From Oligoflexales bacterium (GTDB taxonomy: Bacteria > Bdellovibrionota_B > Oligoflexia > Oligoflexales > JALZUQ01): a DNA stretch of 53,236 nucleotides. This document shows positions 1 to 8,065 of the stretch, in pieces. How positions within the stretch are numbered: position 1 is the first letter of the stretch; every line of letters starts with the position of its first letter. Below the pieces are notes generated by a model. That model saw only the letters and a program-made list of their open reading frames with translations, did not search any database and was not told where the DNA came from. The stretch spans positions 1 through 53,236 of the forward strand of contig JBGSKV010000114.1 of NCBI GenBank assembly GCA_041740975.1, given 5' to 3'. A program made the position numbers and the translations under genes.

Positions 1-206
1 TTAAAAAACTGCCGATCCTTTCCCAGTTATCACTACTGGTCTCTACTACGTAAGTTCGCAAATGACCCAAGCTTGCTTGACCAGTTCAAAGTCTCGGAAG
101 AAGATGATGAACCGCCGATGAGTAAGTTCGGTTGAATTCATTTAATGTTAGTGTATGACATGTATTTAGGGCTATATAATCCCACGTCGAATGTCGTTTC
201 AAGACT

Positions 207-243
207 TTGACAATAGTTATCATATAAGATAACTATAAAATGG
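207..243 (+). promoter_or_regulatory. Candidate promoter/operator: TTGACA (207-212) followed by 8-bp-arm inverted repeat TAGTTATC-N6-GATAACTA (214-235) and a TATAAAAT box
   Basis: Read directly from the sequence. It lies about 95 nt upstream of the HigA-like ORF at 336. A palindrome overlapping the promoter is typical of autoregulated TA operators. Confidence 0.35.
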
Positions 244-335
244 GAGACTTATATAGTCGAAGTCTCCGGATTTAGTGCCAATGGGGCGGATTTCACGCTG
301 GCCCGCAAATATTGGGCTGACTGGAAAAAGAGGGT

Positions 336-647
336 ATGACCATGCCAAAACGAAGCCAAGACTGGAACGAAAGTCTGAGCCTAGACTTGCGTGATCCAGA
401 GTTTACGCGCGAATTTATCCTTGCGAGTCTTGACGAGGGTACAGATCTCCAAAGCGTCCTCGGCAAAGTTGTTCGGACATATGGTGTAAAGGAATTTGCA
501 AAGAAAGTTAAAATGGCTAGTCCAAATCTTTTGCGCGTCATCGACCCCAAACATAATCCCACGCAAGATACACTCAACCGGATCCTCAAGCCGTTTGGAC
601 TAAAGCTGACTGTTGCGCCCATCGGTGATCATAAAAAAGCGGGCTAG
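336..647 (+). CDS. HTH addiction-module antidote protein (HigA-like, orphan, no adjacent toxin)
   Basis: 103 aa with N-terminal acidic and HTH content (SQDWNESLSLDLRDPEFTREFILASLDEGTD...) resembling addiction-module antidote proteins. No toxin ORF lies upstream within the window. Confidence 0.55.
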   Translation: MTMPKRSQDWNESLSLDLRDPEFTREFILASLDEGTDLQSVLGKVVRTYGVKEFAKKVKMASPNLLRVIDPKHNPTQDTLNRILKPFGLKLTVAPIGDHKKAG

Positions 648-891
648 TAATTTGGCGGTGTCCATCCAGCTCAATGCTTCGCGCGTCGGTACTCATTCAT
701 AGGTCCAATCTCGGTAGGTGGCGTAATTGAGTGGTCAGTGGCCGACAAATGCCCCTGCGTTTAACATTCAATTGTTCGTAGATTTTCGAATTAAAAGTAA
801 CCAAATATATCAATTACTTAGTCGTTAAAACTTAAGTGAGTTAAAGATTTTTCTGGATTTGCCGATAGGCAAATTGTATAAAGGAGTTCGG

Positions 892-1305
892 GTGCAAAAC
901 CCTCACTTTGAATTGGCTGAAATCCAGCGACTAGCAGCAGAGTGGAAGATTGAAAAAAAGTCAGGTTGGTTTAGCGCTCCATCATGTTCTACGGATTACG
1001 TCATCCATGTTTTTCAATGCTCTGAGATCGAAGCGGTAGAAATCATTCTTGAAGGTATTTCAATGCTGAAGCTCGAAGATTTCCAAGCAAGTGTGATGGT
1101 GTGGGATGATGTGGCTGATGAATATGGACTTTGTTCATATTTGGGTCGCAATTGGTATGTGAAGCTTCGAATTGATGATGACAATGTATTAAATGAAATT
1201 TCTTTTCATCCTTGTGAAAAAGACATGCAACTTCCATCCGGACGAATATTAACAGTTTCGATTGCCAAAGAAGATTTGCCCCCTTGGAGAAAAGTAAAAA
1301 AATGA
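892..1305 (+). CDS. MqsR-like type II toxin (mRNA interferase)
   Basis: The N-terminus PHFELAEIQRLA aligns with E. coli MqsR PHTRLSQVKKLV. The C-terminus NWYVKLRIDDDNVLNEISFHPCEK aligns with QVYLKITVIHDVLIVSFKEK. Start is a GTG 6 nt after AAAGGAG. The ORF-track start at 859 is an upstream TTG. Confidence 0.6.
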   Translation: MQNPHFELAEIQRLAAEWKIEKKSGWFSAPSCSTDYVIHVFQCSEIEAVEIILEGISMLKLEDFQASVMVWDDVADEYGLCSYLGRNWYVKLRIDDDNVLNEISFHPCEKDMQLPSGRILTVSIAKEDLPPWRKVKK

Positions 1306-1757
1306 CAGATCTTTCGAAAAAACGATGTGGAGAGTGTGGCGAAAAGGCCTACGAACGTCGCGCAATCAGAGGTCATTGGAAGAAGCCCTGGAAAGACTTT
1401 CCGTCTGTTTTCCTAACGAAGCAACTCGAACTGTGGGTTTGCCGGGCTTGTAAATCCCATGCGGTGTCGTCTGCTGATGCGATAAGAATTGACGAAGCTA
1501 TCGATGCTTCTGTTCGCGATCAAGCCGCTCAGTTCTTGCAAGTTATAAAATCGAAGTCTGGATTGAAGTTTGAAATTATTGCCGAACGTTTGGGATATAG
1601 TCCGAACTACATTGCAAGCCTCAATAATCTAAACGCCACTCCCTCATTTAAGCTTTGGAATCAGCTAAAGTCGATATCTGTTAACCCCAAGTCCGAGATG
1701 GAACTACTTGATCCAAACTTTGACATCATTAAACAGAATCTTTTGCTGCGGGCATGA
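1302..1757 (+). CDS. MqsA-like antitoxin (N-terminal CxxC...CxxC zinc ribbon plus C-terminal HTH)
   Basis: ATGA start/stop overlap with the upstream toxin. Has CGEC...CRAC zinc-ribbon pairs and an HTH (LKFEIIAERLGYSPNYIASL). The toxin-first order matches mqsRA. Confidence 0.6.
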   Translation: MTDLSKKRCGECGEKAYERRAIRGHWKKPWKDFPSVFLTKQLELWVCRACKSHAVSSADAIRIDEAIDASVRDQAAQFLQVIKSKSGLKFEIIAERLGYSPNYIASLNNLNATPSFKLWNQLKSISVNPKSEMELLDPNFDIIKQNLLLRA

Positions 1758-1840
1758 TCTTGCTAATTGGTGGCGAAAAAAAATCGCAGCCAAAAGACAT
1801 CGAAACTGCACGAAAGAGAATGAACGAGGAGAGGTAATTA

Positions 1841-2200
1841 ATGTCTAAATTTTCCAAGAAAAAGATGGATCGATTTGATGATTATGAAGATATTCGCCGT
1901 GCCAGACTTGGTACGAAAGAGCGAAATAGAATAGACTTAGAAGCATCTGCAGAACTTGGGGCTCTCAAAGCTATGCAAGAGCTTTTGATTGAAGAAATGA
2001 AAGCTTTTATGATCAAAGAAGGAATTGGCATTGTCGAATTGACTAAACGTTTAGAAACAAGCACCAGACAAACCTCCCGAATCATGAAGGGTGAAGCCAA
2101 TGTAACGTTGGCTACATTGGCGGAAGTTGCGATTCATATAGGTAAAGTTCCAAGAATCGTGTTTGAAGATTTCAAGCAACCAGCTCGAAAAGCTAGATAA
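1841..2200 (+). CDS. XRE-family HTH DNA-binding protein (orphan antitoxin-like)
   Basis: 119 aa with a C-terminal HTH (IGIVELTKRLETSTRQTSRIMKGEANVTLATLAEVA). A GAGGAG RBS lies upstream of the ATG. Confidence 0.5.
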   Translation: MSKFSKKKMDRFDDYEDIRRARLGTKERNRIDLEASAELGALKAMQELLIEEMKAFMIKEGIGIVELTKRLETSTRQTSRIMKGEANVTLATLAEVAIHIGKVPRIVFEDFKQPARKAR

Positions 2201-2264
2201 TACATTCTCTATACTTTCGATATCGGTCCAGTTCAAAGTTTGGCGCGCCACTATCGGGAAGTAA

Positions 2265-2606
2265 TCAGGGATGTGGCGTAATGGCGATGATCGTAAGGCA
2301 ATGTTTTAGGACTTTAGGCTTCTTGCCTTTCTTCGGATTCTTTTCAAGCTCATATGGGCCGTAGTGCCAGAATATTCTGTAGGCACCCGAAGTTTTATTT
2401 TGAGCGTAGGACTCAAAAACGTCCTCATTGTTTTTACCAGTGAGCGAAGAGTATTTATGAGTTTGTAAGCTTGGGTGCTTAAGATTCGTTTGCATGAGCC
2501 CCAGAGCTTTTCGGACCTGCTTTAGGATATTTTTTTTGGCAGAATTCGCGACGAGTTCATCGTAATTCTCTTGTGCCTCATCGGTAAATTTCAAACAGAA
2601 CTGCAT
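2265..2606 (-). CDS. YhaV-like / RelE-superfamily toxin
   Basis: GKNNEDV...GAYRIFWHYGP resembles YhaV GKNKDW...GRYRLFFRY. It lies 15 nt downstream of the AbrB-fold antitoxin gene on the same strand. Confidence 0.45.
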   Translation of the reverse strand: MQFCLKFTDEAQENYDELVANSAKKNILKQVRKALGLMQTNLKHPSLQTHKYSSLTGKNNEDVFESYAQNKTSGAYRIFWHYGPYELEKNPKKGKKPKVLKHCLTIIAITPHP

Positions 2607-2621
2607 TTAGTACCGCAAAAT

Positions 2622-2888
2622 TTAGTCTTGATCTACGTATTCAGAAAAATCTTCGGGAGCATCGTTAGTTTTCCCAGCAGCCGAATCTGCCAATCCTCTC
2701 TTGACGCTTTCAAGAGCTTTTTTATTGCGAAAGAGCCAGACTTCTTGAGCCGGTACTTCGATCAGTGGCTTTAAAAGGAGATTGCCGTTTGTAAGTTCTT
2801 CAACTTCAAAACTAGAGGCTCCTTTAGCGAGGGCACCGAGGGTGATGCGGCCTTTATCCCCAACAGCTAATTTTTTTAAGGATGACAT
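2622..2888 (-). CDS. AbrB/MazE/PrlF-family antitoxin (swapped-hairpin DNA-binding domain)
   Basis: The N-terminus KLAVGDKGRITLGALAKG is an AbrB/SpoVT-type motif. An acidic C-terminal tail is present. It precedes the toxin gene. Confidence 0.55.
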   Translation of the reverse strand: MSSLKKLAVGDKGRITLGALAKGASSFEVEELTNGNLLLKPLIEVPAQEVWLFRNKKALESVKRGLADSAAGKTNDAPEDFSEYVDQD

Positions 2889-2904
2889 TGTTGTACTCCA
2901 AGCT

Positions 2905-2924
2905 CCGATATTCTCCCATATCGG
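2905..2924. promoter_or_regulatory. Inverted repeat CCGATAT-N6-ATATCGG upstream of the PrlF/YhaV-like operon
   Basis: Perfect 7-bp arms seen in the sequence, immediately 5' of the minus-strand antitoxin start. Confidence 0.3.
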
Positions 2925-3109
2925 TATTTTCCCACTTTTCTTTAGTGGGAATGCCTATCGAATATAGCTGGGACCAGTAAAAATGCAAGATCTCATGCTA
3001 ACTATCTGATAATTAATGAAAATATTCAGGCACAGAGGCCGTGCTACGCCCGAAGTCATTGGGCGATATCATCGACCAGCATCACAACTCTTCTGCAACT
3101 ATAGACTAA

Positions 3110-3126
3110 TACGTATAAAATACGTA
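3110..3126. promoter_or_regulatory. Inverted repeat TACGTAT-AAA-ATACGTA overlapping a TATAAAAT -10-like box upstream of higB
   Basis: Perfect 7-bp arms seen in the sequence, about 17 nt upstream of the HigB start. Confidence 0.35.
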
Positions 3127-3142
3127 CTATCCGAGGAGCGGC

Positions 3143-3421
3143 GTGATGCAAATTCTTTTGTCTCGTACTGCAAAGAAGCAGCTTCTCCTATGCCCCAAGT
3201 ATATCGCGCGCAAGTTTGATTACTGGGTTGATATGCTCGACACGGTAGGCCTGCGGGAGGCCAGAAAGCACCGTGGGTTTCAGGATGAGCCCTTGCAAGG
3301 TGATAGACAGGGGCAACGATCGGCTCGACTCTCAAAAAGCTACCGAGTCATTTACCGCGAAGTTGGCGAGAGAGCATTCGAGATCATCGAAGTGCTGGAG
3401 GTAAACAAACATGAATACTAA
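3143..3421 (+). CDS. higB: HigB toxin (plasmid-maintenance killer, RelE/ParE superfamily)
   Basis: C-terminal signature PLQGDRQGQRSARLSKSYRVIYREVGERAFEIIEVLEVNKHEY matches the HigB-family LQGD...W...YR....VDY..YH pattern. A GAGGAG RBS is present. Confidence 0.75.
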   Translation: MMQILLSRTAKKQLLLCPKYIARKFDYWVDMLDTVGLREARKHRGFQDEPLQGDRQGQRSARLSKSYRVIYREVGERAFEIIEVLEVNKHEY

Positions 3422-3674
3422 AAAAATGGACTTATCGTTGGGCGAGTTTCTGCGAGTACATCGAATGGGCGAGGATTTGTCTCAGGTAGAGCTTGCAAAG
3501 ATTCTCGGAATCTCCAAGCAACGTCTTTGTGATATCGAGCACGATCGTTTTTCCGTGAGTTTAAAGCTCGCGAAGGATATCGCCAAAAAGTTGAAAATGC
3601 CTCCAGAGTGGCTCGCAAAACTCGCTCTACAGGATCAGATTAGAAAAGAGCGGCTCAATCTCAAAGTAAGTTAG
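3411..3674 (+). CDS. higA: HigA antitoxin (XRE HTH)
   Basis: Overlaps the higB stop by 11 nt. HTH: LSQVELAKILGISKQRLCDIEHDRFSVSLKLAKDIAKKL. Confidence 0.7.
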   Translation: MNTKKMDLSLGEFLRVHRMGEDLSQVELAKILGISKQRLCDIEHDRFSVSLKLAKDIAKKLKMPPEWLAKLALQDQIRKERLNLKVS

Positions 3675-3856
3675 GTGTAAATTAGGTCTAATGACCCTCA
3701 TTCCCGCTCTTAATTTCGCCCAATGTGTCAGTGGACGACCTGCTACTAACCATTAAACTTCCTATACGATGATGGGGGCTATCTCCCTGAAATCGATACT
3801 TTTATCCAATTAATAATTCTCAGCTATATACCGATAAGGTATATCATAGGTATCCT

Positions 3857-3955
3857 ATGAAATTTGAATGGGATTCGAGAAAGAGTTCTAAAAACAAAGA
3901 AAAGCATGGCATTGATTTCCTAGATGTCGAGGAACTTTGGCTCCAGAAAAGATGA
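3857..3955 (+). pseudogene. Truncated BrnT toxin remnant (32 codons: MKFEWDSRKSSKNKEKHGIDFLDVEELWLQKR, then stop)
   Basis: The N-terminus matches the BrnT/DUF497 consensus (FEWD..K...N..KHG..F). The ORF stops after 32 codons, whereas full-length BrnT is about 90 aa. Confidence 0.5.
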
Positions 3956-3966
3956 GGTTGAGTTAT

Positions 3967-4224
3967 ATGGCTAAGTTGAAAAAGCAAAAAAATAAGAGTG
4001 CGGAAGAGTTTGAAAAGCGCTTCGACTCTGGCGACGAAATCATTAGTGAGTTCGATCTCGACACGGCGATCAAAAAAGTAAACGTCGATTTTCCTCAGTG
4101 GATGGTCAAGATTTTGGATTTTGAGGCGACGCGGCTGGGCATTCCAAGACAAGCCGTTATCAAGACTTGGATCAACGATCGAATCGAGTCGAACAAGCGA
4201 GATGAGCGTCGTTCCGTAGGTTGA
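3967..4224 (+). CDS. brnA: BrnA-like antitoxin (CopG/RHH-like)
   Basis: PQWMVKILDFEATRLGIPRQAVIKTWINDRI is typical of the BrnA antitoxin. It overlaps the truncated BrnT remnant in a different frame. Confidence 0.6.
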   Translation: MAKLKKQKNKSAEEFEKRFDSGDEIISEFDLDTAIKKVNVDFPQWMVKILDFEATRLGIPRQAVIKTWINDRIESNKRDERRSVG

Positions 4225-4315
4225 GCAGCCAACTGAACCCATCTATACAAAATATTTTGTCAGTAGCTGACACACATTCACCAGCTTATCTTCTGCGTAG
4301 GAAGTAGGAGGTCGA

Positions 4316-4612
4316 ATGCAGCCCGAAGTATCTCAAAAGCAAATCGGATTCATGGGGCTTGCGCTCGAAAATATCCTCGCATTGGATGCCTCTCTCAGAT
4401 CCAGGATAGGCGTCCAGCTTCTTAAGATTCTGGCGGGGATTCTTCCGCTGGAGTTGGAGTCAATGCAAGTGCTTGGCAACGGCGTTGTCGAGATCAAAGT
4501 CATGGGAGACGACGGAGCGGTAGCGAAGTCACTATTTATCGCCACACAAACGAGTGCAATGAGGAGGGTGCCAGGGGATGGCGCAGGAGAAGTTGGTTTG
4601 TGGGTTATGTGA
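4316..4612 (+). CDS. gp49-like (HigB/RelE-superfamily, phage-related) toxin paralog A, C-terminus diverged
   Basis: Strong paralogy to ORF 4691 over about 65 aa (RSRIGVQLLKIL...VLGNGVVEIKV vs KSRIGFQLRKVQ...TIGVGVLEIRV). AGGAGG RBS. The C-terminus lacks the usual ...LLHGF.KKTQKTP end. Confidence 0.45.
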   Translation: MQPEVSQKQIGFMGLALENILALDASLRSRIGVQLLKILAGILPLELESMQVLGNGVVEIKVMGDDGAVAKSLFIATQTSAMRRVPGDGAGEVGLWVM

Positions 4613-4642
4613 TCCCAAGCCTTAAGCTGCATTCTAAACACA

Positions 4643-4663
4643 TATATACAATCTATTGTATAC
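4643..4663. promoter_or_regulatory. Inverted repeat TATACAAT-CT-ATTGTATA between the two gp49-like genes
   Basis: Perfect 8-bp arms seen in the sequence, about 30 nt upstream of ORF 4691. Likely an operator. Confidence 0.3.
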
Positions 4664-4690
4664 AAATAAACGTATATCGGATATGTTGAT

Positions 4691-5042
4691 ATGACCAAGG
4701 GCGAAACTCGTCGCAGAAAAATTTGTTTCGTTGGGTCCTCTTTATCAGACTTGAGGAAGCTGGATGAAACGGTGAAAAGCCGTATAGGTTTTCAGCTTCG
4801 CAAGGTTCAAGAGGGGCTGCTGCCGGACGATTACAAGCCAATGTCGACGATTGGAGTAGGTGTTCTTGAAATCCGAGTAGAGAGCGAGGATGGGAAAAAA
4901 TGTCGGCCGTTGTTTTTACGTCGCAAAGTTTAAAACAGAAATTTATGTTCTGCATAGCTTTGTAAAAAAATCGCAGAAAACGTCGAGATTAGATCTAGCA
5001 AAAGGTCAGCAAAGATATCGGCAACTCATACGGGATTTGTGA
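4691..5042 (+). pseudogene. gp49-like toxin paralog B, disrupted by a single-nt frameshift near 4925-4932
   Basis: Frame 2 reads to ...CRPLFLRRKV then stop at 4933. The next frame continues KTEIYVLHSFVKKSQKTSRLDLAKGQQRYRQLIRDL, which carries the LLHGF.KKTQKT gp49 C-terminal signature. It ends at 5042 just before the HTH antitoxin. Confidence 0.5.
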
Positions 5043-5053
5043 AAAGAGATAAA

Positions 5054-5350
5054 ATGAGCATTGTAAAAATTGACAGCGAAAAGCTTTTTGAAAAATTAGG
5101 ATTCTCAGATGAGGATTCGGCGATACTGCGGTTCAAGGCAGACCTATACATAGAAATCTGTAAAATCGTCCAAAAGAAGAAATACTCTCGTCGTCAACTT
5201 GAAAAAATATTTGATGCCCCGCAGTCCAGAGTGTCTGAGCTTATGACTGGTAAACTAGACAAAATCTCAATCGAGAAGCTCATCAACTATATAGAAAAGC
5301 TTGGAGCTGTCGTTAAGCCGGTCGTGACAAAGGACCGGCGTGTTGCGTAG
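5054..5350 (+). CDS. HTH antitoxin partner of gp49-like toxin
   Basis: ...QSRVSELMTGKLDKISIEKLINYIEKLGAVV matches the HTH partner found with gp49/HigB-like toxins. It starts 12 nt after the toxin stop. Confidence 0.6.
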   Translation: MSIVKIDSEKLFEKLGFSDEDSAILRFKADLYIEICKIVQKKKYSRRQLEKIFDAPQSRVSELMTGKLDKISIEKLINYIEKLGAVVKPVVTKDRRVA

Positions 5351-5475
5351 GTTAAGCCTCGTTCTGCTAGCTTTCACCTAAGCTGATATTTTCACTAGGC
5401 TTCTTTCCTTGCTTTATATCGGCGGCGAAAAATCCATCAGAATATGCTATAGGAGATGCCTCAAGGAGGTTCTCC

Positions 5476-6345
5476 ATGAAAACAATCATTCTACTTTTGA
5501 GTTCACTTTTTAGTTTTACAGCTTTGGCTGCCGACCCGCTCGAAGCTCCCAAGATCTTCGAAAAAGACGGCTACAAGTACTACTCTTGCGAATACTCGAA
5601 AGACGCCGTGAACATCGCGCTCTACGAAGTCGATACTGAGTTTCGCGCCCTCGCACCGGGACTTAAACCCGATATTTGTTTTGGGCAGATAAAATGTGCC
5701 CGCCAGAATATCGATACAGGTAAAACATCTTGGGCCGAGTTTCTGATGTCATGCGATGCCAACCTCGGTTCTACCTGTCCGACAGCGATGGAATGCGGTT
5801 CGCGCGGTTCAAAAGTTGCACCGATGGTAAATACCGCGCCGCAAATTCAGACGCGAGCGGCAGCTTATGAAGGGTATGTCGATGCGCCTTCCACAGAAAT
5901 CCCAGCCTCATTCAACAAAGGCACCGAAGTTTACACGGCTTGCACGTACGAACAAAAAACGCCCGCGCTCCTCAAGGTTGTCAAAGACCCTAAAGCAAAA
6001 TGGAACCCTTCCATTTGTATGGGTCATACAACGTGCACCGGATTAAACGGTTTGCAAGGCAGAGGCACGGCGTTTTGCGCCGCCAATCCAGACGACTCGT
6101 GTCCGACGGCAATGGAGTGTATGACGCGACGCCACGATTTTTTCACGGGTTTCAATCCGGACCCGCGCATCCTTAGTAGTCGTGACGCACACACCGAAAT
6201 GCTCGCCGCACGCGATGCGGTAAAAATAGAAATCTCGCGGTTACAGAAGCTCGACTCCGGCGAAGCGCGCGAAGCTCTGCGCAAACTACAGGGCCAAGAG
6301 GCGTTCTATAAACTAGCCTTGGAAAACTGGATTTCAAATCAGTAA
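5476..6345 (+). CDS. Secreted Cys-rich protein with internal duplication (…STCPTAMECGSRG… / …DSCPTAMECMTRR…)
   Basis: Signal peptide MKTIILLLSSLFSFTALAADP. Repeated Cys motifs. No recognised family. Confidence 0.5.
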   Translation: MKTIILLLSSLFSFTALAADPLEAPKIFEKDGYKYYSCEYSKDAVNIALYEVDTEFRALAPGLKPDICFGQIKCARQNIDTGKTSWAEFLMSCDANLGSTCPTAMECGSRGSKVAPMVNTAPQIQTRAAAYEGYVDAPSTEIPASFNKGTEVYTACTYEQKTPALLKVVKDPKAKWNPSICMGHTTCTGLNGLQGRGTAFCAANPDDSCPTAMECMTRRHDFFTGFNPDPRILSSRDAHTEMLAARDAVKIEISRLQKLDSGEAREALRKLQGQEAFYKLALENWISNQ

Positions 6346-6380
6346 AGCGGGTTTCGGAGGACATCCTCCAAAATCCCGCG
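6346..6380. terminator. Compound hairpin (GCGGG...GGAGG-ACAT-CCTCC...CCCGC) between convergent genes
   Basis: Nested inverted repeats seen between the stop of 5476..6345 (+) and the stop of 6398..8065 (-). No clear U-tract, so weak. Confidence 0.3.
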
Positions 6381-6397
6381 CCAAATGAAATCTCTAT

Positions 6398-8065
6398 TTA
6401 TTCGTACTCGGTAAAAATCAGCGCGCTCATTTCGCCTGCATCGTCGCCGCGATTTTCAATACTTTCGTGTCCAAGGCGACCGGAGTTAGCGCGTCCCCAG
6501 CATTTGAGTCTGTCATCGTTGAATAACGCACAAGTATGCACGTTACCAGTCGCCACTAGCTTGGCGTCGCTGATACCTAAAACTGCGGGTAAGCTGGCCA
6601 TATCGCCCGGGCTTCCCCCCATGTTATTTGTATTGTCCGCTCCCAGTTGCCCGTGAAGATTGTTTCCAAAGCACTTCAGTTGATTAGTATTATTCAAAAC
6701 GCAAGTAAAGTAGCCGCTAGCGGTGACTTGCTTGATATTTGCAAGGTTAGAAATCACCCCGAGTCCCGTCATCTCTCCAACTTGCCGACCAATACTTGCC
6801 GTGTCGTCGCTACCAAGCTGTCCATCACTGCCTTCACCCCAACATTTTACATTTCCATCATTTAACAACGCGCAGGCATGGTAGCTTCCGGCGTGAACTG
6901 AGACGGCATTATCTATGCCGATAACCTCAGGCAAGGCTTCCATTTCACCTGGAAGGGAGCCGCGAGTTGCATCCGTACTTTCGATTCCGAGCTGACCGGC
7001 ATTGTTGTTACCCCAGCATTTGACCTTTCCGGTGCTCAAGCGAGCGCAATAAAAATGCGTGCCTGCAGTTATTTGCGTGGCATTGGTAATTCCTATGACA
7101 GAAGTCAACGTTGCCATTTCTCCTGGGGCGTCGCCTTGCGGCGTAGCGATATTGACGCCTAACTGACCTAACGTGCTTTGGCCCCAGCATTTTATTTCGC
7201 CGTTTGCGAGCAAGGCGCAGGTGTTACTGTATCCCGCGGCCACTTGAATGGCGTCACTAATGCCGATGACATCGACGGCGTCAGCCATCGCTGTGCCACT
7301 ACCGTTGCCTACACTAGTCGTAGAGTCGATGCCCAAGCGACCATTGGCATTACCACCCCAGCAGCGAATTTTGCCGGAGTCAAAGAGGACGCAGGTGTGA
7401 TTCAGTCCCGCAGAAATTTGGACAGGTGCACCAGAGCTTGAGCCAAGGTTGATATCAGCACCAACCCCGTTGGGGGGAGGCATGTGGTTTGCGGCCGCAC
7501 CTATCGAGTTAGTGGCATCAGTTCCTAGTTGTCCGGAAGTTCCGGAGCCCCAGCAGCGAACTCCTCCCGATCGTCGAATAATGCATGTATGGGCTTCTCC
7601 AAGGGCAAGATGTTTGGCGTTGAGTCCTTCCGGAGTGTCTACGGAAGTTTGAACGTACGAGGAGGTATTATTCGCGGCGTCTTTGACTAAAACATTGAAG
7701 TAGTATGTCTGATCGACATCTAAGTTTGCGACGAGTTCATTGGTCAAGTTTGGCGTCCAGTCTTTTACGACCACGCCATTACTCTCGGCATTGGCGACAC
7801 TATCAATGTTAGCGCTGTTCGAACGCACGACTTTATATTGTAGATTCGCGGCGGCAGTTTTATTATCGCTTCCCGCAGTCCATGAAATATTGACGGTCGT
7901 GTGGGTGACGTCCGAGATATTAAGGCTTCCGCTGGCGCCGGCAGTTGGCGCGGTCGTGTCCGCCGTGTCAGTTGGCTGATCTTTTTTGTCTTTTTTATCG
8001 GAAGAGGACTTGCAAGACAGGGCCGTTAAAAGCACAAGAACCGAAATCGCTACTCGCATATTCAT
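6398..8065 (-). CDS. Lipoprotein with N-terminal fibronectin-III-like domain and RCC1/BLIP-II repeats
   Basis: Signal/lipobox MNMRVAISVLVLLTALSC. At least 7 repeats of the ...CWG.....GQLG... type (RCC1). FN3-like LNISDVTHTTVNISWTAG. Confidence 0.7.
   Translation of the reverse strand: MNMRVAISVLVLLTALSCKSSSDKKDKKDQPTDTADTTAPTAGASGSLNISDVTHTTVNISWTAGSDNKTAAANLQYKVVRSNSANIDSVANAESNGVVVKDWTPNLTNELVANLDVDQTYYFNVLVKDAANNTSSYVQTSVDTPEGLNAKHLALGEAHTCIIRRSGGVRCWGSGTSGQLGTDATNSIGAAANHMPPPNGVGADINLGSSSGAPVQISAGLNHTCVLFDSGKIRCWGGNANGRLGIDSTTSVGNGSGTAMADAVDVIGISDAIQVAAGYSNTCALLANGEIKCWGQSTLGQLGVNIATPQGDAPGEMATLTSVIGITNATQITAGTHFYCARLSTGKVKCWGNNNAGQLGIESTDATRGSLPGEMEALPEVIGIDNAVSVHAGSYHACALLNDGNVKCWGEGSDGQLGSDDTASIGRQVGEMTGLGVISNLANIKQVTASGYFTCVLNNTNQLKCFGNNLHGQLGADNTNNMGGSPGDMASLPAVLGISDAKLVATGNVHTCALFNDDRLKCWGRANSGRLGHESIENRGDDAGEMSALIFTEYE

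Noticed and set aside
1-135. Open frame-1 stretch at the window start (…SEEDDEPPMSKFG*), which might be a toxin partner for the HigA-like gene
   Set aside because: No resemblance to addiction-module killer proteins. It is probably the 3' end of an unrelated upstream CDS truncated by the window, and too little sequence to call.
293-622. Minus-strand ORFs (293..622 and 381..566) overlapping the HigA-like gene
   Set aside because: Antisense to a well-supported HTH antitoxin ORF with no motif of their own. Treated as frame artefacts. The same reasoning applies to other fully nested antisense ORFs in the track (e.g. 1043..1237, 1882..2100, 3418..3618, 6647..6865, 9792..10100, 11388..11825, 15204..15599, 35496..35828).
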